A stretch of 63,518 nt of DNA, the filler included, from Chiloscyllium plagiosum (taxonomy: Eukaryota): assembly GCF_004010195.1 (NCBI RefSeq). It is 4 parts of one record of this genome, joined end to end, with 100 filler letters (N's around TTAATTAATTAA, not from the genome) between each part and the next. Parts side by side here need not be neighbours in the genome. Positions count along the whole stretch, not along the records: positions 22,313 to 43,648 come from NC_057712.1; 3 more parts are not named here. One strand, written 5' to 3'. Each line of letters begins with the position of its first letter. The first letter of the stretch is position 1. Position numbers and translations under genes: made by a program. The notes under the pieces were generated by a model, which searched no databases, was not told where the DNA came from, and saw nothing but the letters and a program-made list of their open reading frames with translations. This document shows, piece by piece, positions 23,620 to 39,088 of this stretch.

Positions 23620-25050
23620 GGGGTTCTGAGGGCGATTGGTACAAGGACATTGGGGAAGTGGGGAGGGTCTATGGACAATAGTGAGAGGGAAGTTGAGGAA
23701 CAAATACATAGAGAGATCTCAGATATATGTAAGAATAATAATGTTGAAATAGTAGGTAACTAATTTTCCAAACATTGACTGGGACTACCATCGTGTCAAA
23801 GATTTAGATAATGAAGAATTTAAATGTGTTCAAGAAAATTTTTAGATTAGATTACTTACAGTGTGGAAACAGGCCCTTCGGCCCAACAAGTCCACACCGA
23901 CCCGCCGAAGCGCAACCCACCCATTCCCCTACATCTACCCCTTACCTAACACTACGGGCAATTTAGCATGGCCAATTCACCTGACCCTGCACATCTTTGG
24001 ACTGTGGGAGGAAACCGGAGCACCCGGAGGAAACCCACGCAGACACGGGGAGAATGTACAAACTCCACACAGTCAGTCGCCTGAGTCGGGAATTGAACCC
24101 GGGTGTCTGGCGCTGTGAGGCAGCAGTGCTAACCACCGTGCCGCCCACTAATTTTCTTTATTGATATGTCCAGGCTTCTATTAGAGAAGGAGCAACACTT
24201 GAGTAATAAGGCAGGGCACGTGACTGAAATGGTAGCGTGGGATCACTTTGGGTTTTAGTGATCTTAATTCCATTAGTTTCAAAATAATTATGGCATAGGT
24301 TTGAGATTTGAATTGGAGTATGGGGAAATTTTAATGGGAGAGACAAGAACTTTCCAAAGTAGATTGGAATAGGCTGTTTGCGAGTAAAGGGAAATCGGAT
24401 GAGTGGGAGGTTTTCAAAAGAGTGATAACAAAAGTTCAGAGTTTCTGTTCGAATGAAAGATAAAGCTGGTAGGGTTAGGGAACGATAGATGAATACAAAT
24501 ATTGAGGCTCTAATGAAGAATAATAAAGAATTGTGTATTAGAGTCATTGAGGTGTACAGCTTGGAAACAGACAACTGGGTTTAAATAAATCTCTTGAAGC
24601 GTATAAAGAGCGAAAGGGTATTCTGAACAAGGAAGGCAAAGAGATAGCCTTGGCAAATAAGGTTAAGAATACTGCAAAGAAATTCTTACAAGTACGTTAA
24701 GGACAAGAGAGCAACTATAAAGAGAGTGAGGCCCCTTAAAAATCAAAGATGTCGCCTTTATGTTGAACCTCAGGAGATGAGAGAGATATCAAATGAATAC
24801 TGTGCATCAGTTTTTATGGTGGAGAAAGAACTAGAGGCTAGAGAACTCCGAGAAATAAATATTGTTGTTTTGAAAACAGTTCACAATACAGTAGAGGAAA
24901 AACTGGAGGTCTTAGAAAGTATAAAGATGAACAAATCTCCGGGATCTGATCGAGTGCTGTGTAAAGTTAAGAAGGAAATTTTGGAGCCTATTGCAAAAAT
25001 ATTTGTATATTTCTGCATATAACTATGGGTGAGGTGCTGGATGATCGCAG
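23620..25050 (+). mobile_element. Decayed CR1 ORF2 (APE and linker) interrupted by an HE1 SINE (23843-24146, -)
   Basis: NFPNIDW-like and NEYCASVF...KSPGSD motifs. Confidence 0.75.
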
Positions 25051-25810
25051 AGTCATAGGGTCACAGTCCTTTGGCCCAATGCTGCCAGATTTTCACCATT
25101 AAACCCGTCCCATTTGCCTGCATTTGGTTCATACCTATCCCATCCGTATACCTGTCCAAATGCTTCTTAAATGACAACACTGTATTCACTTCCACTACTA
25201 CCTCTGGCTGCCCACTGTCGACATTCGCCACTCTCTGAGTAAACAAAATTGCCCCTCTGAACCTTTATGGATCTCTCCCCCTCCTTGTAACCCAGTTTTA
25301 GATTCCCCTACCATGGGGAAAAGCTGTTGGCTACCTACGTTATCTATGGCTGTCATGATTTTATAGATCTCTAAGGTCATCCTCAGTCTCCTACGTTCCA
25401 GGGAAAAGAGTCCCAACCTCTCCTTACAGCTCAAACCTTCTAATCCAGGTAACGTCCCAGTAAATCATTTCGGCGCTCTTTCCAGTTTAATCAGATCCTT
25501 TCTATAGTAGGACGACCAGAACTGCACGCAAAACTCCAAATGTATCCTTCCCAATGTCTTGTACAGCTGCACCTATACTCAATGCTCTGACTGATAAAAG
25601 CAAGCATGTTGAAAGTCTCTTCTGCCCCTTTCTAACAGTGATTCCACTTGCAAGGAGCTATGGACCTGTAATCCAAGATATATTTGTTCCGTAATCAGGG
25701 TCCTAACATTGACTGCATAAATCCTGCCCTGGTTGGGCCTACCAAAACGCGACACTTTGCATTTATCTAAATTAAACTCCGTCTGCCATTCCTCAGCTCA
25801 GTGGCCCAGT
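25050..25810 (-). mobile_element. CR1 LINE 3' part
   Basis: ERLGLFSLERRRLR motif; CR1 tail. Confidence 0.8.
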
Positions 25811-25994
25811 ACGATCAAGATGGGGAGATGCCGGTGTTGGACTGGGGTGGACAAAGTAAAAAAAAAAATCACACAACACCAGATTATAGTCCCACAGGTT
25901 TATTTGGAAGTACTGGCTTTCAGAGCGCTGCTTGTTCATCAGGTAACTAGTGGGGCAGGATCATAAGGCACAGCAGGTGCAGCAAAAGATCACT

Positions 25995-27480
25995 GAGCTG
26001 AAAGGTTCGTTTTCAGACGTTTCGCCACCATACTAGGTTACATCATCAATGATGAAAATGTGTTGCTGGAAAAGGGCAGCAGGTCAGGCAGCATCCAAGA
26101 AGCGACGTTTCGGGCATAAGCCCTCCTTCAGGAATCATCATCAGTGAGCCTCTGGATGAAGCACTAGTGGCCTGGCCCGCTTTCTATTTATGTGTATAGG
26201 TTTTCTTGGGTTGGGTGATGTCATTTCTGGTGGTGATGTCATTTCCCGTTCTTTTTCTCAGGGGGTGGTCAATGGGACCCAAGTCAATGTGTTTGTTCAT
26301 AGGGTTCCGGTTGTCCCTCATCTGTATGTACGGATACTAGTGAGAGTGGGTCATGTCTTTTTGTGACGAGTTGATGTTCATGTATCCTGGGTGGCTAGCT
26401 TTCTGCCTGTTTGTCCAATGTAGTGTTTGCTACAGTTCTTGCAAGCTATTTTGTTCATTGGGTGCCCATTTGAGTACACTGTACACCTATACAGTGTACT
26501 CAAATCAAATGGGTATCTAATGAATACAGTCTGCCAATTTCTCAGCAACAAACCCCCAGCAAGCAGACAAAACACGTCCAGAAACCCTAGCCACTCTCCC
26601 CTACGTCAAAGACATCTCGGAGACGACTGCCAGACTACTCAGGCCTCTTGGCACCATGGCGGGCCACAAACCCACCAACGCACGAAAATAGCAGCTATTG
26701 AACCTAAAAGACCCAACACAGACCACAAGCAAAACTAACGTCATTTACAAAATGCCGTGCAAGGACTGTAACAAACACCACATTGGGCAAACAGGCAGAA
26801 AACCAGCCACCAGGACACATGAACATCAACTAGCCACAAAAAGACATGACCCACTCTCACTAGTACCTGTACGTACAGATGAGGAAAGACGGTACTTCGA
26901 TGGGACAGCACATCCATCCTAGGACAAGTCAAACACGAGAATTCCCCGAAGCATGGCATTCCAACCAGAACTCTATGAACAAACACATTGACTTGGATTC
27001 CATTTACCACCCCCGGAGAAAAAGAACAGGAAATGATATCACCACAGGAAATGACATCAGCAGAGGAAATGACATCACCAACCCAATGAAAGCTAAACAC
27101 ATAATTAGAAAGTGGGCCATGCCACCAGTGCTTCATCCAGAGGCTCATTGATGACGTTACCTAGTAGGGTGACGAAACGTCTGGAAACGAACCTTCCAGC
27201 TCAGCGAGCAAACCGATCCCATTTACCACCCCCGGAGAAAAAGAACAGGAAATGATATCACCACAGGAAATGATATCAGCAGAGGAAATGACATCACCAA
27301 CCCAATGAAAGCTAAACACGTAATTAGAAAGTGGGCCATGCCACCAGTGCTTCATCCAGAGGCTCATTGATGACGTTACCTAGTAGGGTGACGAAACGTC
27401 TGGAAACGAACCTTCCAGCTCAGCGAGCAAACCGACATCCAGAACCTCAACCTGAGCTACAAATCTTCTCAAAACGCACT
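25995..27480 (+). mobile_element. Penelope-like retroelement: inverted 5' segment (25995-26460, -), RT C-terminus/GIY-YIG remnant (26470-27020, +), tandem 219-bp 3' repeats
   Basis: NVIYKMPCKDCNKHHIGQTGRKPATRTHEH is a GIY-YIG (Uri) motif; the inverted copy reads CKNCSKHYIGQTGRKLAT; direct repeats at 26996-27212 and 27215-27431. Confidence 0.9.
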
Positions 27481-27838
27481 AAAAAATCACAGTGTCATGC
27501 AGTTAAAATGAAATATTGAGCAAATCTAGATAGCAGTTAAGTCTTTCATCTTTTAGAATGGGTTGCAGGTTTCGGTTCATTAATAGGTAAATCCCAGAAC
27601 TTCTTTTAAGCCACATTCTCGATAGCTTAAGGATTTCTGTTTAAAAAGTGACATTTCAGCTCAGACAATGTATGAAAGATGTGAAGTTAGAGTCTGTCTA
27701 GATCCCAATCTTGAGTCAGACTGGTTCTATTTCCAAAGTAGGAATTTAGAAAATGTTTCATGGATTTACTGCCTGCAGGTTGTGTGTTTTTTGAGCAAAA
27801 AATAGAACATATCTGCAAATATAAATTCATCCATAGAC

Positions 27839-28085
27839 TTGTGTGTGTGTGTGTGTGTGCACATGAGAGTGTGTGTGTGTGTGTGCACATGAGAGTGTGT
27901 GTGTGTGCACATGAGAGTGTGTGTGTTTGCATGTGTGTGTGTGTGAGAGACGGAGTATAAGCCTGTGAGAGTGTGTGTGCATTGGTATGAATGTGAGGGG
28001 TACATGGTGTGTGTGTCTAAGAGAGCATGTGTATGAGAGAGGGTCTGTGTGAGTGTGTGAGTATATAAAAGTGTGTGTGTGTATG
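27839..28085. repeat. Imperfect (TG)n microsatellite
   Basis: Directly visible. Confidence 0.9.
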
Positions 28086-28977
28086 TATTACAGTGTGGTC
28101 ACCTATAGTGCGACATGAACCCAAAGTCCCGTTTGAGGCCATCCTCATTGGCTATCAGCCTCTGCTCGGCCACTCTGCATTGTTGCCTGTCCCAAAGTCC
28201 ATCTTGGAGGATGGTCAGCTGAAGATCCGAGGCTGTGTCCCCCTGACGGTTGAAGTGTTCCCCGACTGGGAGAGAGCATCCCTGTCTGGTGACAAGGATG
28301 TAAAATAAATCAATTAAATAATATTATATAAACTTGAATGTATCAGAAGGATTAAAATCATTCAAAACTGTGGCCAAGATAAAATTGCAGCCAGTTCTTA
28401 CATTGTGACTGGAATCTTTAAAATTTGTTGCAAACAGAAGTGGTATACAATATATACATGATAAGCAAATGGCTGCCATTTTGTCAAGTACAGCTATCTA
28501 TACATGAAATGAGAGGCATGCAAGGGACTAAAAGACAACTATAGTGCATTTCTAGAACATTCAAACAGGCCAAGACAGGTTAAACGCAGGAAGGATGTTC
28601 CTGATGACTAGGGAGTCCAGAACCAGGGGTTACAGTCTCATGATACTGTCTAATGAGGCTGGCCATTTTGGACTGAGATGAAGAGAACTGTCTTCACCCA
28701 GAGGGTGGAAGGCCTGAGGCATTCTCTGCTCCAGAAGGGGGTTGGGCTTCTCTCCCATCATTCTGCCATTGGCACAAAGGACTTCAGGTGCTGTGGACCT
28801 GCCACGTCCATCCCAAGCCAAGGGGCATTAGGGTTCCCAGCTTGTTTCCAGCACGTTGTCAGTGAGGGGGGATGTCATCGTGCTGAGGCACCGGTGAAAG
28901 AAAAGCAACTTAGACAGACCTGGGTGACTTTTGTCTGTAATTTATGCATAATGTTGAGTAATCAGGGTAAGCAATAG

Positions 28978-29338
28978 GTAGGCAATGCTTAGTGCTATTA
29001 TCACGAGACTATTAACCCAGAGACCCAGGTAATGTTCTGGAGACCTGGATTTAATTCCCACCACAGCAGATAGTGAAATTTGAATTCAATAAGAATCTGA
29101 AAATAAGAGTCTAATGATGACCATGCAACCATTGTCAATTGTTGGGAAAAACCCCATCTGATTCACTAATATCCTTCAGGGAAGGAAATCTGCCATCCTG
29201 ATCCTGTCTGGCCTACATGTGACTCCAGACCCATGGCACTGTGTTTGACTCTTAACTGCCCTCTGGGCAAATTAGTGATGGGCAATAAAGGCTGGTACAG
29301 CCAGTGATGTCCACATCAAATCAATGAATTAAAAAAAA
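28978..29338 (+). mobile_element. tRNA-derived Deu-type SINE (SacSINE1-like)
   Basis: Degenerate tRNA head, central CACTAAT..CCTT.AGGGAAGGAAATCTGCC...GGCCTACATGTGACTCCAGACCCA, A-rich tail. Related copies at about 32520-32780(-), 40110-40345(+) and 47610-47940(-). Confidence 0.65.
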
Positions 29339-29443
29339 TATATTTAACAATTTACATCCTGGGTGCTGTACATCTCTATGACTCTATGGGTTAAAAAAAA
29401 ATCACACAACACCAGGTTATAGTCCAACAGGTTTATTTGGAAG

Positions 29444-29478
29444 CACTAGCTTTCGGAGCTCTGCTCCTTCCTCAGGTA
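29444..29478 (-). ncRNA. Minimal type I hammerhead ribozyme motif
   Basis: Minus strand TAC-CTGAGGA-A-GGAGC-AGA-GCTCC-GAAA-GCT-A-GTG. Confidence 0.65.
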
Positions 29479-29499
29479 ACTTGTGGGGCAGTCCACTAT

Positions 29500-29534
29500 C
29501 ACCTGATGAAGGAGCAGTGCTCCGAAAGCTAGTG
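29500..29534 (+). ncRNA. Minimal type I hammerhead ribozyme motif
   Basis: CAC-CTGATGA-A-GGAGC-AGT-GCTCC-GAAA-GCT-A-GTG: stem I CAC/GTG, 5 bp stem II, palindromic AGCT stem III, CUA triplet. Confidence 0.7.
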
Positions 29535-29838
29535 CTTCCGAATAAACCTGTTGGACTATAACCTGGGGGTTGTGTGATTTCCAACTTTATTCAAGAACAC
29601 CAGGGTATTTTCCCGAGAATCCTGTTGAATACTTATCCCTTGAATCCAGATCACAAACGAAAACGACAGAGGATCTGTGGATTATCAATTTGCTGTTTAA
29701 GATTGTTTGAAGTGTCTGCTGCTTTTTCTGTAATCGTGACAATATCGGAAAATCCCGTGTGTCATCCAAATGATGTTTCCCAACCTCTGTTGTTTTGCAA
29801 ACAAGTTACATTTGCAAAATGATTTCCAAATCCATGAA

Positions 29839-29844
29839 TTTATT
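29839..29844 (-). promoter_or_regulatory. Probable poly(A) signal (AATAAA) of the alpha-tubulin gene
   Basis: About 115 nt after the TAA stop; a second AATAAA lies at 29586-29591. Confidence 0.6.
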
Positions 29845-29959
29845 ATAATCTGTAACGTGCATGCAAAATTAAGTTAAGCTTTTGAGACCCCGCCCCCCCC
29901 CGCCCACTTTGTAACATCAGAAAATCTAGTTAAATCTCATTATCATTCTAAATGAAATC

Positions 29960-34555
<4,596 letters not shown>

Positions 34556-34599
34556 AATGTCCCTCTATTGCCGCACCTCCTCTCGATCTAGTGCGCACC

Positions 34600-34770
34600 C
34601 TTGGTCGCCCGCATTATTTATACCGCGTGGCGTTTGGCCTGTCCGAGCTTTGATTGGTCGCTGGGAACAATGGGCTCTTGTTGATTGGACGCACGTCAAC
34701 AAAGGCATTGGCTCTACACAACGCTGATTGGCTACATCGTGGAAGAGGTGGGGCCGGGTCGTCACAATTG
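34600..34770 (-). promoter_or_regulatory. Alpha-tubulin promoter
   Basis: TATAAATA at 34615-34622; four CCAAT boxes (34653, 34684, 34707, 34727); TGACGT; GC/CACCC-like box at about 34745-34757. Confidence 0.85.
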
Positions 34771-35469
34771 ATGATGGGAGGGACCCACAGTAAAAATGGC
34801 GGTGGGATTTGTCTCAGTCCCCAGCTCGAGGGACGCCTCCATCAGAATTTCAACTCAAAAGCTACCGTCATCAGCAGCAGGTCTGAGGCACCCTTCAGTC
34901 AGAGCCCATTCCTCAGAGACTTATCAGTTCGACTCTTCAGCTCAGTCACAGTCTCATCTGAGGCAGACCCTTCCCCGGTACCATACCCAACACTACCATA
35001 GATGGTAACTCAAAACCAGCACCCTTTTACATTTGTTCTTGCAACGTAAGCCCTCTTCCGAAAGCTAGCATTTGGTAACATCCTATAATAGCAGTATCAC
35101 CATCTAATGTGCCCACAATGTTTCCTATGGTCAAACTCACATCTACAAAGACCAGTATCTGTCAGGTGGACATCAGGTAGGACCTCAAGTATCAGTCCAA
35201 AGACTGTTGGTCAGATCCCCATCTGTCAGACTATAAGACAATGATTTTCCGTCACTTAAAGACACGAACTGAACTCATCACCTTCTGGTCTGTTAGACAT
35301 CAGTTAGATTCCCACATATAAATTCACCATTGATCAATTGACGGAGTACTCGAGCACTCAATGAGCAACAAGACACTAGGTATCTTTAGTTGCTTGCCCA
35401 CAAATATCTGAAGGGGACAGGACAAGTTAATAGAAGGCATATGGGGCACTGAGCTTTATTGAGAAAAAA

Positions 35470-35995
35470 GCGGAGCGTTTCAGAGAACACCTCTGGGACA
35501 CCCGGACCAACCAACCCAACCATCCTGTGGCTCAACACTTCAATTCCCCCTCCCACTCCACCAAGGATATGCAGGTCTTTGGACTCCTCCATCGCCAGAC
35601 CACAACAACACGACAGTTGGAGGAAGAGCGCCTCATCTTCTGCCTAGGAACCCTCCAACCACAAGGGATGAACTCGGATTTCACCAGTTTCCTCATTTCC
35701 TCTCCCCCCACCTTGTCTCAGTCAAATCCATCGAACTCAGCACCGCCTTCCTAACCTGCAATCTTCTTCCTGACCTCTCCGCCTCCACCCCAGTCTGACC
35801 TATCACCCTCACCTTGACCTCTTTCCACCTATCACATTTCCGACGCCCCTCCCCCAAGTCCCTCCTCCCTACCTTTTATCTTAGCCCGCTGGACCAACTT
35901 TCCTCATTCCTGAAGAAGGGCTTATGCCCGAAACGTCGATTCTCCTGTTCCCTGGATGCTGCCTGACCTGCTGCGCTTTTCCAGCAACACATTTT
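35470..35995 (+). mobile_element. Penelope-like element 3' fragment (GIY-YIG C-terminus, 3' UTR, hammerhead motif at 35908-35939)
   Basis: ERFREH...VAQHFNSPSHS...EERLIFCLGTLQPQGMN, then CTGAAGAAGGGCTTATGCCCGAAACGTCGA. Confidence 0.8.
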
Positions 35996-36669
35996 CAGCA
36001 CTTAGCTTTATTTGTCATGGTATAGCCTATAACAGCAGCGAGGTTATCTTGGCGCTGTTCAATACTTTGTATAGGCCACGGTTGGACGACTGTGTACAAT
36101 TCTGGTGACTGCAGGATGTGATATAACAAGCGGAGCTGCAGACGTGTTTCAGCAGGATGTTGCCTGGGATGGAGCCTGAATAAGTTCACATTGCTTTCTT
36201 AGAGCACAGAAGACTAAGAGAGGACCTGTATGAGGTGTAGAATATCTTGAGGCGCACGTCAGGGTGGATAGGAAGCGTCTGACAGGGTCAATAGAGAGCA
36301 GCTAGCCCCCTTAGTTAAAGGATCAATAATGGGCTGGTGGGATGGGGGTGGAGGAGGCTTTACTTTAAAATGGAAGGTAGGAGGTTTAGAAAATAGAACA
36401 TTATCCAAAGGTCGGTGGGAATCTGGAATGCACTGACTGGGTAGGTAATTGAGATGGGAAACATTCTAAACTTTAAGAAGTACTCGGATAAGCACTTGAA
36501 GTGTCATATCATTTAAGGTTATGGGGTCAAGTGTTGAAAGGTGGGTCTGCAATGTCTTTTTTTTTTAACTCATTTTTTTGTTGGTGTAGAGTCAATGGGC
36601 CTCTTCTGTACTGTCAGATTCTGTGACGACAGACACGGTTGCCTTAATCTCTGAGTAAACATTCAGCCC

Positions 36670-37235
36670 CTCCCTGGACATGTACGGGGAGAGACGATTC
36701 TCTATTCTCTCTTTCTGTGCAAGGAAAAATATTTTGGTGAACTGGGTGGCTGAGGGCCCCCCTGGACTTTCAAATTGGCACAGATTAATTATGGAATGTA
36801 TTCCCCTTGACCTCCTCACAAATGTGGTGCACCGAAAGACCGAATTATTTTATAAAATATGGCAGCCCTTCTTGAATTACATAAATACAGATATCTCGGC
36901 TATCCTAACAATGGCTTTTATTTAATTGAGACTACAGACCTGGCTGGTCCGCGGCCCCTCGGGGGAGGAATCCCGCACGAATACGGGTTTTATTACATTT
37001 GATGTTAACACATTCCGAGCATGTAAGAGACTTAAAAATACACTCTGGTTAGTTGTAGGTTAGATTAGTAGTTAGTTGAGTTGTTTTTTTCTTTCTCGGT
37101 GTTTTTTATTTTGTTAAATTTTGGCTATTGTATATTTGATTTAATTGTATATCAATGTTTGTACTTGAGAGTTTTGTTTATTTTTGTAAACTTGTAAAAA
37201 TGTTAAATTTCTAATAAAAATATCTATTAAAAAAA
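36670..37235 (+). mobile_element. 5'-truncated L1-clade LINE with poly(A) tail and 13-bp target-site duplication
   Basis: ARKNILVNW...PP...W...FYKIWQPFLNY ORF2 C-terminus; AATAAA and A tail; AAACATTCAGCCC at 36657-36669 and 37236-37248. Confidence 0.88.
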
Positions 37236-38153
37236 AAACATTCAGCCCTATTTCGCTTATTTTATTTCATGCTGTAATCTATAAGGTCAGGTTGGCAGTT
37301 TTTTTTTAAATCAAGACATTGGCTGGCAGAGTCATCAATGCAGAAAAGTCCTTGCCTGGTTTGACCTACACGCGACACCAGATCCGTGGCAATGTGGCCA
37401 ACTGTTAACAAATCTCTGGACAAGTCGAGATTGACAATAAATGACCTATCCAGTAACCCCCCCACCTCCGAACCAAGAAAGCGAATGATAGGAAATTAAC
37501 CAACAGGGCACCAAAGGCCATATTCTCCGGATTGCCCCCAAGCCAAACACAGCACAGAAAGTAAATATGAAACGAAAATAGCTAAATGCGTGGCTACAGG
37601 CAAATGTGGAAGGAGGTGGGGGTGGGGGGGGAAGAAGATGTTAGCTCCCAGCTGTGGGGGAGATTAGATCTGTTAGATCTAGCCCAGATGGTCTGTACCT
37701 AAACAGAGGCAGAAATTAATTTCTTGCAGGGCATTTTGTGACCGCTATTGGGAAATTCCAACTTGCTTGGCAGGGATGTGGGAACCAGGAAAGAATATCA
37801 GAGAGGAATACCAATGTGCACAAATTACTGGGAATGATAGATTGCAACTGATTAGAGTATTAAAGACACAAGGATGAAGGTCATCAAGTTTAAACTAGGG
37901 ATTCTATACGTGCAGAGCAAATAACGTTTGTGAGTTACAGATAGATTGAGATGTGATAATATATTGCAGTGACAACAGAGACTTGACTCAAAGGATGGGG
38001 GTTAAACGTTCTTCAGAACAAACGAAACAGGAAGGACAGGGAAAGGAAGAAGAGGGGGATAGGTGATCGTACTCGTTATGGCGAGCATTTCAAAGTTCCG
38101 GAAAGAGGCAAAAACAGAAATTGCTCGTAAAGCTCAGCAGGTCTGGCAGCATC

Positions 38154-39088
38154 TAGAACATAGAAGAATACAGCGCAGTACAGGCCCTTTGGCCCTCGAT
38201 GTTGCGCCGATCCAAGCCCACCTAACCTATACTAACCCACTATCCTCCATATACCTATCCAATGCCCGCTTAAATGCCCATAAAGAGGGACAGTCCACCA
38301 CTGCTACTGGCAGGGCATTCCATGAACTTACGACTCACTGAGTGAAGAACCTACCCTAGCCCCAAGTGTCTCAGTCTTTCCTCATACGATCTTCCTTCCA
38401 TACCTGGCAACATCCTGGTAAACCTCCTCTGCACCCGTTCCAGTGCCTCCACATCCTTCCTGGCGACCAAAACTGCACACAATATTCCAGATGTGGCCGC
38501 ACCAGAGTCTTATACAACTGCATCATGACCTCAGGACTCCGGAACTCAATTCCTCTACCAATAAAAGCCAGTACGCCATATGCCTTTCTCACCGCACTAT
38601 TTACCTGGGTGGCAGCTTTCAGAGATCTGTGTACATGGACACCAAGATCCCTCTGCTCATCCACACTACCAAGTATCCGACCATTAGCCCAGTACCCCAT
38701 CTTTTTGTTATTCTTCCCAAAGTGAATCACCTCACACTTAGCTACATTGAATTCTATTTGCCACCTTTCTGCCCAGCTCTGCAGCTTCTCTATATCCTGC
38801 TGTAACCTGCCACATGCTTCCTCACTGTCAACAACTCCTCCGACTTTCGTGTCATCCGCAAACTTGCTCACCCAACCTTCTAACCCCTCTTCCAGGTCAT
38901 TTATAAAAATGACAAACAGCAATGGTCCCAAAACAGATCCTTGCGGAACACCGCTAGTGACGGCACTCCATGAAGAAACTTTGCCATCAACTACTACCCT
39001 CTGTCTTCTTCCATCCAGCCAATTCCTAATCCAAACCTCCAACTCACCCTCAATGCCATATCTCCGTATTTTCTGCAGTAGCCTACCA
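38154..39088 (-). mobile_element. CR1 LINE RT and 3' tail (internally deleted)
   Basis: [14 protein letters not shown]...SKFADDTK...LYKTLVRPHLEYCVQFWSP. The same tail recurs at 39415-39670 and 60699-60857. Confidence 0.95.

Larger units (their letters stand above)
29398..29580. mobile_element. Palindromic cassette (arms 29398-29477 and 29501-29580) with a hammerhead motif on each strand
   Basis: About 80 bp inverted arms and a 23 nt spacer. Confidence 0.8.
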
